DNA of 32,000 nucleotides from Candidatus Helarchaeota ASGARD archaeon Hel_GB_B (GCA_005191425.1 SUPR01000002.1:37566-69565), one strand, 5' to 3'. Positions 19,144-28,774 are shown, counted from the first letter of the stretch. Numbers and translations are program-made. Notes: generated by a model not told the origin, from the sequence alone.

Positions 19144-20889
19144 TTATAAAATTGAGCCACATTCCGGACAAATTCGTGCAAATAAGGTTATAGGCGCCTT
19201 ACAATGTGGACAAACTTTTAAAGGCTTTTTACATTCAGGACAAATTTTCTCCATCATAAAAACCACACTTTTACAATGTGGACAAATAGCCTTAGCACCA
19301 ATTATAGTTGGTTTAGTTGGCTTTTCTTCCAATTCAGTTTTTTCAATTTCTTTAATTTTTAAATAATCATCTAGGCTAGATTCTTCAATTGTTTTTTGCT
19401 CGTCAATAGATTTTAACTCTTCTTGCTCTTTTTGCGAATCTGTTGACACAGCTTGTTGTTTTTCTTCAGTTTTAGCTAGAACATCTGTTAATTTTGATAG
19501 TGTTTCATCTAATGGCTTTATTGTTTCATTTACTTGTTCTTGTACTTCTGCTTTTGGAATTTCTTTTTCTTCAGTAATTGGCATGGCTATTGGCATTTCT
19601 GGCGATTTTGTAACAATTGGCTCGGCTTTTTCTTGTGTTTCAATACCCATTAAATCACTTGCTTTTGCAGCTTCAAATTTCTCCGGCTGCTCTACTACTT
19701 CTGATTGTTCAATCGGTTCAGTCTCATTCATAATATTCATTAAATCATTAAATAATTCTTCATTTACTTCTTCAGCTACCATCACTTCAACATCTGATCC
19801 ACTCGCTGGTTTCATCGGTATATCCAAGACTTCTTGCTTAGAAATTTCTTCGGGGATAGGGGCTGCTTTTGGTGCGCTTGGAATTTCTTCGGGGATAGGG
19901 GCTGCTTTTGGTGCGCTTGGAATTTCTTCAAGAATTGATGTAATATTTGATTTATGTGATTGTTCTGTTTCTGGTGTAATTGATGTGGTAGGTTGCACTA
20001 AAGGTGGGGGATTAGACAAAGGAACTTGATTTGTAGCAGATGGCGGAATAAAAGGCGAAATTGGATCTGTATTTTTTAATAAATTGTTTATATCATCATA
20101 TATTTCATCCATTGTAGGCTGTTTTATAGTTATTGGTGGTACAACAGGGCTTGGGGCTTCAGGTGTCTTTGGTATCTCTTTTTCTGAAACTTTTAATTCA
20201 GCATGAGTAATTTTAGGAGCTTCTTTTTTAACAACCTCCTCTTTTTTTGGTTCTTTTTTAGCTTGTTCTCCCTCCATTACAATAATTCTTTTTAATTTTA
20301 TCCAACCTTTTTTCTGATATTTTTTAATTATTTCATCGACTTTTAATCTTGGAAGATTTGTTTTTTCACAAATATCTTCTATTGTATTTTTACCATCAAT
20401 TAAATGAATTACTTTTGCTTCAATCATAGAAAATTTCTTTCTTTCAATTCCATCCAATTTAATAGGTACTCTATATGCTGTCTTCTCAACTTGTTTAGAT
20501 TTTCCTTTTTCTAATTTCATATCAATAAATTTGTCAATATAATCTGAATATTTGTGCATGCGGCCTTTAAATGCCAGTAATTGACCTACTGGGCCACTTT
20601 CTGAATAAAGGACTATCATAGCTTTTTCTGAAAGTTTAAAAAATCCGATATTTACACCTGAAAGAGGTAAGCTATGTTCTCCAACATCTAGGACGCTAAA
20701 ATTTCCTGCGGCAAATGATTTTATAAAATCAGCATATTTTTCTTCAAGAACTGGATCAATATACTTCAAATTATTATTATTATCAATAATCCCGATTTGT
20801 ATTGGGTTTGATAATAATTTTCTCATATCATTTGCGATTTTTTTTACAATATCTTCGAGTGAATTAATATTTTCGATTTCCTCGCTCAT
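19144..20889 (-). CDS. Modular hypothetical protein: alpha/beta N-domain (longin/roadblock-like?), winged helix, long Pro/Glu-rich disordered linker, C-terminal double zinc ribbon
   Basis: wHTH-like EAKVIHLIDGKNTIEDICEKTNLPRLKVDEIIKKYQKKGWI. C-terminal CPHC/CPEC/CPHC/CPEC. Confidence 0.75.
   Translation of the reverse strand: MSEEIENINSLEDIVKKIANDMRKLLSNPIQIGIIDNNNNLKYIDPVLEEKYADFIKSFAAGNFSVLDVGEHSLPLSGVNIGFFKLSEKAMIVLYSESGPVGQLLAFKGRMHKYSDYIDKFIDMKLEKGKSKQVEKTAYRVPIKLDGIERKKFSMIEAKVIHLIDGKNTIEDICEKTNLPRLKVDEIIKKYQKKGWIKLKRIIVMEGEQAKKEPKKEEVVKKEAPKITHAELKVSEKEIPKTPEAPSPVVPPITIKQPTMDEIYDDINNLLKNTDPISPFIPPSATNQVPLSNPPPLVQPTTSITPETEQSHKSNITSILEEIPSAPKAAPIPEEIPSAPKAAPIPEEISKQEVLDIPMKPASGSDVEVMVAEEVNEELFNDLMNIMNETEPIEQSEVVEQPEKFEAAKASDLMGIETQEKAEPIVTKSPEMPIAMPITEEKEIPKAEVQEQVNETIKPLDETLSKLTDVLAKTEEKQQAVSTDSQKEQEELKSIDEQKTIEESSLDDYLKIKEIEKTELEEKPTKPTIIGAKAICPHCKSVVFMMEKICPECKKPLKVCPHCKAPITLFARICPECGSIL
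19843..19929 (-). repeat. 2.2 x 39-bp perfect coding tandem repeat (EEIPSAPKAAPIP)
   Basis: AATTTCTTCGGGGATAGGGGCTGCTTTTGGTGCGCTTGG at 19843 and 19882, with a partial copy at 19921. Confidence 0.95.
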
Positions 20890-21670
20890 GTGATCACTGC
20901 CACCCTTTATTTTAATTTTTTTTGATCTATAATATGTTTAAAATTTTAATAATTTTAATATTTACTTTTTTATACATTTAAAACTTTTTTAAAGACATAA
21001 TGTTGTCTAAATAATTTAAATTAAATTTATTTCACGATTTTTCAAATTTTTATAAATAAAAATTCATTAAGTCCATTCAAAATAAAACCAAAAAAACTCC
21101 TTTTTAATATTATTTTAGAATAGATTACTATTTGTTATATTTTAATATTGGAATTGATTTTTTAAATTCATTTTGAGATTTTCAATCAATAATAGCTATA
21201 CTCATTCTCATTTTTAAAGTTTTTTTCCATTTATGTTTTTCATTGTTATTTCAAAACCAATTAATTTTAATAAATACAATTAGAAATATAATCAATTTGG
21301 TCAATAATAACATATAAAATAATCTATTACAAATCAAAAAAGTTCTTTTTTAGATAATCTTGGAATTAAAATGATATATTGTAAAAAAGTTTGTTCTAAA
21401 ATATGATATTTTTTGAAAAATAAATTTTAAAATATAAAAATCTATTAAATATATTAAAACTATTATGTATCTGCTACATTTTTAAGGATCTATGATCAAA
21501 TGTTTTTAATTTTAATTGAATAAATTATAAAATCTATAAAAATAGGTAATTTTTAGTAATGATTTTCTAGAATTTAATAGTTTGAAATAAAAAAATTTAA
21601 GAATTTGTTTTTTAAAATAAAATATACTATTAAAATTGATTGATACGTCAAAATTATAAAAAGTTTTATA

Positions 21671-21772
21671 GGGCCGGTGATCTAGAAGCAATATATCGGC
21701 AATATTATTGGAAATCGGTATGATATCGCCCTCACGCGGCGAAAATCGTGGGTTCAATTCCCACCCGGCCCA
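21671..21772 (+). tRNA. tRNA-Val(CAC) with a 28-nt D-loop intron (21687-21714, position about 16/17); CCA not encoded
   Basis: Acceptor GGGCCGG/CCGGCCC, anticodon arm TCGCC-CTCACGC-GGCGA, T-arm GTGGG-TTCAATT-CCCAC. D-arm ATCTAG...GGTATGAT has 28 excess nt. Mature length 74 nt. Confidence 0.93.
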
Positions 21773-21783
21773 TAATACTCCAA

Positions 21784-21790
21784 GAGGTGA
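21784..21790 (+). promoter_or_regulatory. Shine-Dalgarno GAGGTGA for rpl38e
   Basis: Strong anti-SD match 6 nt upstream of ATT 21797. Confidence 0.7.
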
Positions 21791-21796
21791 ATAACA

Positions 21797-21991
21797 ATTC
21801 CAGTAGAAATAAAAGATGAAAATAAATTATTAAAAATTGCAAAAGATTCGACAGAATGCAAAGTTATTAGAGTTGGCGATAAGGTAAAAATAAAAGTTAG
21901 AGGTACAAAATATTTATATACTTATATTACGAATCCTAAATCTTCTGAAGAACTTTTAAAAAAGATCCCTTGTAAAATTATCGAATTATAA
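21797..21991 (+). CDS. rpl38e: 50S ribosomal protein L38e (missed by ORF track; apparent ATT start)
   Basis: (M)PVEIKDENKLLKIAKDSTECKVIRVGDKVKIKVRGTKYLYTY...IIEL matches eL38 (MPxEI...KxKVRxxxYLYT). In-frame TGA at 21788 leaves only ATA or ATT as start. Confidence 0.85.
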   Translation: MPVEIKDENKLLKIAKDSTECKVIRVGDKVKIKVRGTKYLYTYITNPKSSEELLKKIPCKIIEL

Positions 21992-22903
21992 TAACCAAAA
22001 TATTAGAAATACTATACCAAAAAAGCCTATGCCAATCCCAATTGAAAGTGGTAGTCCTGGTAATATCTCTCTTTTTTCTAATAATTTGAATGTAATGATT
22101 GCTCCTATTAAAATTCCTATTACGCTTGCAATACATGGTAAAAAAATTGCTATAATTCCATATTGACTAATAAAGGGTGTTTCAAACCCAATTTTTAGTG
22201 CAGAACAAGTTAACATAGAATAAAAAGTTAAATCACCAAGTCCTATTTCATAATCTTGCATAGAATAACTCATTTCAAATGCAAAACTATTCTTTTTTTC
22301 ATTAAGCTCAATAATTTTCTTGATAGGACCTTTAAAAACAGCAATAATATCGTAAATTGCAAGTCCTATTAATAGTAAAAAACTGGTCCAGTTTGGTAAA
22401 ATGAGGCCTAAAAAAGAACCTATTAACCCCCCATAAATTAATAGACTTGCATTTTTAATTTTAACATTTTTAGAAAATTTATCATGAAAAATCGCTAAAG
22501 TCAAGGCAACTCCTGATAAAAAACTTACAATAATGACTATAAAAAATGATAATAAATCTGAAATTGAAAAGATATACAATATACTTAATCCAAAAAGAAA
22601 TAATATCAGTCCACTAATGAAAACAAAACTTATGAAGAAAAAATGTTTTAAAAATTTCTCCTTTTTATATTTCAAAAGTAAATAAATTATAAACCCACCA
22701 AAACTAGCAATTATTATCAAAATCATTGCATTAATCACCCCTATTAAAGGGTTCAAGTTTCCTTGGTTCTCAGGGATGAACGCTGCATTAAAATCGAAAA
22801 AACCTGAAATTAAGCCAACAATAGAAAAACCAATTGCTATAAACATTGTTATAATTAACGGAACTAACCTTTTTCGAGTTTTTACTACGATTTCAGAAAT
22901 CAA
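21986..22903 (-). CDS. Presenilin-family (GxGD, A22) intramembrane aspartyl protease
   Basis: Multi-TM protein with catalytic YDIIAVFKGP and GLGDLTFYS, plus PAL-equivalent LPGLP. AAGGAG SD and TTG start. Its stop shares the palindrome TTATAA with rpl38e. Confidence 0.9.
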   Translation of the reverse strand: MISEIVVKTRKRLVPLIITMFIAIGFSIVGLISGFFDFNAAFIPENQGNLNPLIGVINAMILIIIASFGGFIIYLLLKYKKEKFLKHFFFISFVFISGLILFLFGLSILYIFSISDLLSFFIVIIVSFLSGVALTLAIFHDKFSKNVKIKNASLLIYGGLIGSFLGLILPNWTSFLLLIGLAIYDIIAVFKGPIKKIIELNEKKNSFAFEMSYSMQDYEIGLGDLTFYSMLTCSALKIGFETPFISQYGIIAIFLPCIASVIGILIGAIITFKLLEKREILPGLPLSIGIGIGFFGIVFLIFWLL

Positions 22904-23092
22904 AAGTGGTCTCCTTATTATATTTATTGATAAATATGCTAATTTTTATCTTTTTTAAATTTAATGTTGAATTGAATTAATTTCTATTTGATAAAAAAAT
23001 TTCCTTTTATCATTATTTAGTATAATTTAATAAATATGATTTTTTATTTTGATATAAAAATGGTGAAATATTTTTAAATTACAATAAATTAT

Positions 23093-24382
23093 TCACAAAA
23101 TTTGAAATTCTTCGCCTAAATTAGGTACAAAAGTCGATATACCTTTCTCTTCCATAGCTGAATAAAGACCATCTGTATTATCTTCATCGCCATGCACTAT
23201 AAAAAACGTAGTATTTCCATTGGATTTATTATGTATATAATCTACAAATGAGAGTAATTCCGATTTTCCACTATGGGACGAAAGCGGAAAATGTTTTATT
23301 TCTGCTTTAATTTTGGTTTTTCCGTCCTTCCAAATTTGTGTTTCTAAAATCTGTCGCCCAAGAGTATCTGGTAATTGAAATGAAACCAAATAGATTGCAT
23401 TATCTGGATTGTTTATAAGCTCTTCAGAATAAAAAATTGCGGTCCCGCCTTTTAACATTCCCGAAGGTGCTATTATAACCCCTGGATTTGAAACTGCATT
23501 TTGGCGCTCTAAATGCTTGTTTTTTCCAACAGAAATAAAATATGAATTTTCAACAGCATTTCTATATAATTCTTCGTCTCTCAATATTTCTAGATGATTT
23601 AATAATGCTCTACTTACACTCCGAGCCATCCCATCTACATATACTGGAAATTTCACATTATAATGGTGCAAAATACACATTATTTCCTGCGACCTACCTA
23701 CTCCAAAAGCGGGTACAAGAACAGTGCCGTTTTTTGATACAACTATATTCTCAATTGCGCTAACAAAATCCTTTTCTACTTCTACTCTAGGTGGATGGTC
23801 TGAATTTCCATATGTCGACTCCATAATTACATAATCTATTTTAGGAAAATTGTTGCTCATCCCATTTAGTAATCGAGTGGTCCTATGATTAACATCGCCT
23901 GTATATAATATTCTTTTACCATTTATTTTACATATAAATGATGCACTCCCTGGAATATGACCTGCATCTATAATTAAAAATTCAATTCCCTTCAAATGGT
24001 GCCATAAAGTTTGATTATAGGAAAATAAAGATGTTTTATTTATCATGTCCATTAATTCATTGCGCATAAATGGTAGATAATATTCTGATAATCTTAACAT
24101 ATCATCAATTAAGATTTTCGATAGAACTCTTGTCGTAGGTGTCATTATTAGAATTGGGCTTTTTGACCCACTAAAAAATAATGGCAATCCTCCAGAATGA
24201 TCTAAATGAGCATGACTCAAAAATATTATGTCTAAATTTTTTACATCAAAATCTAATGGCGGTAAAGTTGGCTTTTTGTCCATTAATATCCCATAATCGA
24301 ACAAATATACCCTATTTTTACTTTCTAATTCTATTGCTTGTCCGCCTATTTGTTTACATCCACCTATAAATTTCAGTTTCAA
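23093..24382 (-). CDS. Beta-CASP metallo-beta-lactamase ribonuclease (aCPSF2-like, no KH domains)
   Basis: FDYG, SHAHLDHSG, AGHIPGS, YTGD, MESTYG, VPAFGVGRSQE, SSHSG and FIVHGD. Confidence 0.9.
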   Translation of the reverse strand: MKLKFIGGCKQIGGQAIELESKNRVYLFDYGILMDKKPTLPPLDFDVKNLDIIFLSHAHLDHSGGLPLFFSGSKSPILIMTPTTRVLSKILIDDMLRLSEYYLPFMRNELMDMINKTSLFSYNQTLWHHLKGIEFLIIDAGHIPGSASFICKINGKRILYTGDVNHRTTRLLNGMSNNFPKIDYVIMESTYGNSDHPPRVEVEKDFVSAIENIVVSKNGTVLVPAFGVGRSQEIMCILHHYNVKFPVYVDGMARSVSRALLNHLEILRDEELYRNAVENSYFISVGKNKHLERQNAVSNPGVIIAPSGMLKGGTAIFYSEELINNPDNAIYLVSFQLPDTLGRQILETQIWKDGKTKIKAEIKHFPLSSHSGKSELLSFVDYIHNKSNGNTTFFIVHGDEDNTDGLYSAMEEKGISTFVPNLGEEFQIL

Positions 24383-24581
24383 ATAATCTCATTCCATCTA
24401 TTTTATTTTTTGATTTAAAATTTGAATTTTTATGAATTAATAAATCATAAAACTTAGTCATTAAATTTTAAAATTATTTAAATTTTTATATCTATAACAA
24501 AACTATTTAATGATAAAATTTATGGTTAATGAATATTGATTGTTTATTACATAATCAAATAAATTAAATGAAGGAACAACG

Positions 24582-25328
24582 ATGGATGAACCAGTAGATT
24601 TAGAACTAAATATAATTTTAAAAAGAGAATATGATTTTTCTGGTTTTAATTTAATTACAGGGTTCCATGGAATAGGTGCATGTGGATTTATAACGGTCAG
24701 ACACATAGTAGAGTCATTAAAATGCGAAAGAATCGGATTTATAGAAACTGAAATGCTCCCTGCGTTAGTTTCGCTTGAAAATAATCGCTTAATACTACCA
24801 TTTGAATTATATATGTACGAAAAAAACGTAATTTTTTTACCACGATTTCAACCCTATCGAGCTGAACAACGAATTATCGCCAGAAATATTTCCAATTGGG
24901 CAATTGAAAATAATTTTAAACAAGCATTTTTAATTGGAGGACTTGACTCTAAATTTAAAAAAGATGGCGATAATAATTGCAGGATCGTGCCAACTTCAGC
25001 TGCTACTGATTTAATAAAAGACCATGATAATATTACCTTGCTAGAAAAAGGTCTGTTTGTTACTGGACCTCTTGCGTTATTTCTGTCATATTTTGAAATT
25101 CAGAACTTTGCTGCAATTGCTATACTTCCATATTCAAATCGTGAGCGTCCAGATCCAAGAGCAAGTGCTGAAGCTATAAAAACATTGGGAAGTTTTATTG
25201 ATGGACTACAGATAGATATTGAGTCATTGTTAAAAGATGCAGAAAGAATTGAAGCAGAAATCGAGGAAATATTCTTACAAGGAGAAAATGATGAAGGTTC
25301 AAGTGAAAAACATAGAATGTATATTTAA
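24582..25328 (+). CDS. PAC2-family proteasome assembly chaperone/activator (PbaB-like)
   Basis: LITGFHGIGACGFI, FLIGGL, VTGPLALFL and PDPRASA motifs. C-terminal MYI is an HbYX motif. Confidence 0.9.
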   Translation: MDEPVDLELNIILKREYDFSGFNLITGFHGIGACGFITVRHIVESLKCERIGFIETEMLPALVSLENNRLILPFELYMYEKNVIFLPRFQPYRAEQRIIARNISNWAIENNFKQAFLIGGLDSKFKKDGDNNCRIVPTSAATDLIKDHDNITLLEKGLFVTGPLALFLSYFEIQNFAAIAILPYSNRERPDPRASAEAIKTLGSFIDGLQIDIESLLKDAERIEAEIEEIFLQGENDEGSSEKHRMYI

Positions 25329-25706
25329 ATTAAAATAAATCAATTATACCTTCATTTATCTCAAACATAAATTAAATAATCTAAACTTATTGTTTTAGCG
25401 TTTATATTATTTTCAATCTTTTAATTTCTTGGTTCCATTGAATTAAAAAAATAGATTAATAACTTTTATTAAAAATAGAATTTGAATTCGAAATTATTAA
25501 ACAAAAAGTTAATTTCTAATAGCTGATTCCAAATATTTTTATTCTCAAAGTTTAAAAATACAAATAGTAATTATTTAATATCATTTAAAAAAATATAAAT
25601 ATTTAAATATATAAAATCAAAGTTAGATATTAATTTTAACTCATCATATTGAGTTAAATTAGAATTCTAAATTTATATGATACCTAAAATAATAGTTTAA
25701 TGTTTT

Positions 25707-26312
25707 ATGGAGAATGTGAACGATATGGGATTTCTTAGAGGTTTTCTGGCTATTCTGTTCGGAATTTTAATAATTCCCATTCTAGGGGTTCTTATGTTGA
25801 TAATTAGTGGTGGACTTCCCTATATAACAGCTTGGGAATCCGCGATCTTTACCTATGATTTTAACCAAATATTTCAATTGATTGGCCAAGTTATTAATTT
25901 CGATATGACTGGAACACTTTTACTTTCAAATGAAGGGCTTGGTATACCACTTATGTCTGCATGGGCTGTCAATCCACCCGGATTGATTGAAGCATTAACA
26001 CCTGGAGTAGGTATAGCATCGTTTATCCTTATCAATACGTGGAAAGCAGTTGTTTGGATGTGTGCTGGGTTTTTCGTTGGCGCTATTATGTCTAAAGCTA
26101 CAAAAGGTTTACTCATAGCATTGGGCTTATGGATTGCATGGTTTGTTTATAATCTTTTATTTGCTTGGATTATTATACCAATAATTGGCGGCGCAACGAT
26201 TTTAATAAGTATAAATCTTGTTCCATTTTTGATGAATGCAATCCTTCCATTAGTTATTGTAATTGTAGCTGGCGCAATTGGCGGTGCTGTGGTTCGACAC
26301 GAAGAATTTTAA
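25707..26312 (+). CDS. Hypothetical multi-pass membrane protein
   Basis: 201 aa with several long hydrophobic Gly/Ala-rich segments. No family recognised. Confidence 0.7.
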   Translation: MENVNDMGFLRGFLAILFGILIIPILGVLMLIISGGLPYITAWESAIFTYDFNQIFQLIGQVINFDMTGTLLLSNEGLGIPLMSAWAVNPPGLIEALTPGVGIASFILINTWKAVVWMCAGFFVGAIMSKATKGLLIALGLWIAWFVYNLLFAWIIIPIIGGATILISINLVPFLMNAILPLVIVIVAGAIGGAVVRHEEF

Positions 26313-26567
26313 AAGTAGTTTTTTTAATTAATACTATTTTTTTTTAATTTTAAAAAATTAAAATAAATTATTTGTTTTCAAGTCAAATTTTTATAGCTTT
26401 AGTGAAATAACCTTCTAAATTCTAAGGGAACAAGTTAATGTATTATAAAAAAGACTATAATTTTAAATTCTGTTTAATTTTCTTTTTGTAATTAATTACA
26501 TGTTTTATTTTAAATTAATATCCCTTTCTCTGAATTGTTTTTAAAAAACAGTTTTTTAGCGCAATCA

Positions 26568-26909
26568 TCATCTAATTTTAGCACCAATTTCGATATCATC
26601 CTCAGGTACTAAAATCTTTACATTATCTTTGTATTGAGCTGCCAAAATCATTCCTTCTGATACCACACCCCGTAATTTAGCCGGTTTCAAATTTACCACT
26701 ACTGGTACTAAACGACCTTTTAATTGTTCCATTGTATAATAATCTTTTAGACCAGCAACGCATTGAATTTTTTTATCTTTAATATCTATAATTAATTTAT
26801 ACAATTTATCTGAATTTTGTATTTGCTCAACTTCAATAATTTTACCTATTCTCATTTTAATCTTTGCAAAATCTTCAATAGTAATTAGTTCATCCTTATT
26901 TTTTGACAT
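26568..26909 (-). CDS. Stand-alone tRNA-binding OB-fold protein (MetRS C-terminal/Trbp111/CsaA family)
   Basis: ITIEDFAKIKMRIGKI, SDKLYKL, VVNLKPAKLRGVVSEGMILAA. GAAGTGA SD lies 5 nt before ATG 26909. Confidence 0.92.
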   Translation of the reverse strand: MSKNKDELITIEDFAKIKMRIGKIIEVEQIQNSDKLYKLIIDIKDKKIQCVAGLKDYYTMEQLKGRLVPVVVNLKPAKLRGVVSEGMILAAQYKDNVKILVPEDDIEIGAKIR

Positions 26910-27472
26910 TTGTATCACTTCTTGTTTTTAATAATTTAAGCAATAATTTTGAATTAACCGATAAAATTTCAGCCAATTAAATCTTTTTATTTTTTATGGT
27001 TTTTCTCCTATTTTACTATTTATATAATTTTTCGAGTCCATTGATTCTATGGGCCTTAAACTTTACTTATTATAATTTAATTGATTATTTTTTGATAATA
27101 AAAATAAAATTCAATATAAAAAAATCTATTTTACTATCAAAAAATCCAAAATCTATAAATATTACTTCAAAAAGTATTTAATAATTCAATGAAGTTAAAA
27201 AATAAATAAATAAATTACTCCACATCTTAATTTTATAATTTAACAATATGTCGTTATAGATTACAGATTAACTCAATTAAATTTTAATAAAAAGAACATC
27301 CATTTATAACATCCATTTATAATAGTCATTCAAGAAATTAATGTTCTATTTCCCAAAATCGGATTTAATTAATGAATAAAATAAAAATTATAAATGCACA
27401 TCATTAAATTTAATTCAAGAACATTTAAGAAATAATCTCTACAAATATCCAATAAAAATTTAGTGTATTAAA

Positions 27473-28729
27473 ATGGTAAAATTTAAAATAAAAGATGAAA
27501 GTTTGGCAGAAGAAGGGTTCGATGCATTATATATTGCCGAAAGGAAGATGCCTGTTACAGGTAAAATTATTCGAGAGCGGTTTGAGAAAGAAAAGCCATT
27601 GAAAAATATTCTAATAGCCGGGTGTTTACATATTACGAAAGAAACCGGGGTATTAGCTAGAACTTTAAAAGCGGCGGGCGCCGAAGTAGCATTATGTGGT
27701 TCAAACCCCTTATCAACTCAAGATGATGTGGCTGCTGCATTAGTAAAAGAAGGAATAAATGTCTTTGCATGGCATGGAAATACTAATGAAGAGTTCTATG
27801 AAAATATTAGGAGTTGTTTAGATCTAAAACCCAATATATTAATCGATGATGGTGCTGACTTAATAGTAACTGCCCATAAAGAATATCCTGACTTAATTCA
27901 ATCAATTTATGGTGCCCAAGAAGAAACAACAACTGGAGTTAAACGTTTTATTGCTATGGAGGAACGTGGGCTTTTAAAAGTTCCATTAATTCCAGTAAAT
28001 AATGCTAAATGTAAAAATCAATTTGATAATGAATTAGGGACTGGACAAGGAATTATATCTGCAATTTATGGGATGCATGTTTTATTTGCAGGTAAAAATG
28101 TCGTAGTTGCGGGGTATGGGCATTGTTCAAGCGGAATGGCTTTAAGAGCAAGAGGTTTAGGGTCTAATGTAACAATAACAGAAGTCGACCCGATAAAAGC
28201 TTTAAAGGCTAAATTTGCTGGCTATAATGTAGCTCCTATTTCTGAAGCAATTAAAAACGCTGATATGATATTCACAGCAACTGGATGTAAAAATGTCATT
28301 AAAAAATCGGATTTTGAGAATTTAAAAGATGGAGTAATTTTAGCAAATTTAGGTCATTTTGATGTCGAAATTCCGACAAATGAATTAAAAGAATATGCTG
28401 TGAGTATAAAAACTGTCAGAAAAGATGTCGAAGAATTGACATTTCCCTCTGGAAAAAAGATATACTTATTAGCACAAGGTCGTTTAGCAAATTTAGTTCT
28501 GGCTGAGGGGCATCCCAGTGAAATTATGGACATGTCATTCGCTTTACAATCATTGATATCTGAATACATCATAAAAAATAAAGGGCAATTAAAACCAGGG
28601 ATAATCCCCGTTCCTGAAGAGATAGACAACGAAGTTGGTTTTTTAAAATTAAAATCAATGAATATTGAGATCGATAAATTAACTGACGAACAATATAATT
28701 ATATACATGGTTTTGAAGAGGGTACTTGA
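27473..28729 (+). CDS. ahcY: Adenosylhomocysteinase (SAH/SIH hydrolase)
   Basis: GCLHITKET, SNPLSTQDDVA, DDGADL, EETTTG, FDN, GHFDVEI and GHPSEIMDMSFALQ. Confidence 0.96.
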   Translation: MVKFKIKDESLAEEGFDALYIAERKMPVTGKIIRERFEKEKPLKNILIAGCLHITKETGVLARTLKAAGAEVALCGSNPLSTQDDVAAALVKEGINVFAWHGNTNEEFYENIRSCLDLKPNILIDDGADLIVTAHKEYPDLIQSIYGAQEETTTGVKRFIAMEERGLLKVPLIPVNNAKCKNQFDNELGTGQGIISAIYGMHVLFAGKNVVVAGYGHCSSGMALRARGLGSNVTITEVDPIKALKAKFAGYNVAPISEAIKNADMIFTATGCKNVIKKSDFENLKDGVILANLGHFDVEIPTNELKEYAVSIKTVRKDVEELTFPSGKKIYLLAQGRLANLVLAEGHPSEIMDMSFALQSLISEYIIKNKGQLKPGIIPVPEEIDNEVGFLKLKSMNIEIDKLTDEQYNYIHGFEEGT

Positions 28730-28774
28730 ATTTAAATTTACTATAGACCAAGATTTTTATCAATAAATCTAATT

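Noticed and set aside
19843-19929. 39-bp direct repeats as a CRISPR array
   Set aside because: The copies are directly adjacent with no spacers, are in-frame within a CDS, and no cas genes are present.
20890-21670. Long AT-rich intergenic tracts (also 15307-15844 and 26910-27472) as a replication origin or ncRNA
   Set aside because: No ORB-like repeats, no cdc6/orc1 neighbour and no GC-rich structured segment were seen. Base composition alone explains them.
21512-21757. 81-aa ORF antisense to the tRNA
   Set aside because: It overlaps tRNA-Val, and the rest is low-complexity AT-rich sequence.
26996-27181. 61-aa intergenic ORF
   Set aside because: F/L/I/K/N-rich composition typical of translated AT-rich intergenic DNA, with no SD or motif.
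28110-28140. AhcY NAD-binding motif variant GYGHCSSG
   Set aside because: All catalytic residues are retained, and a single Gly-to-Ser change is not enough to claim altered function.
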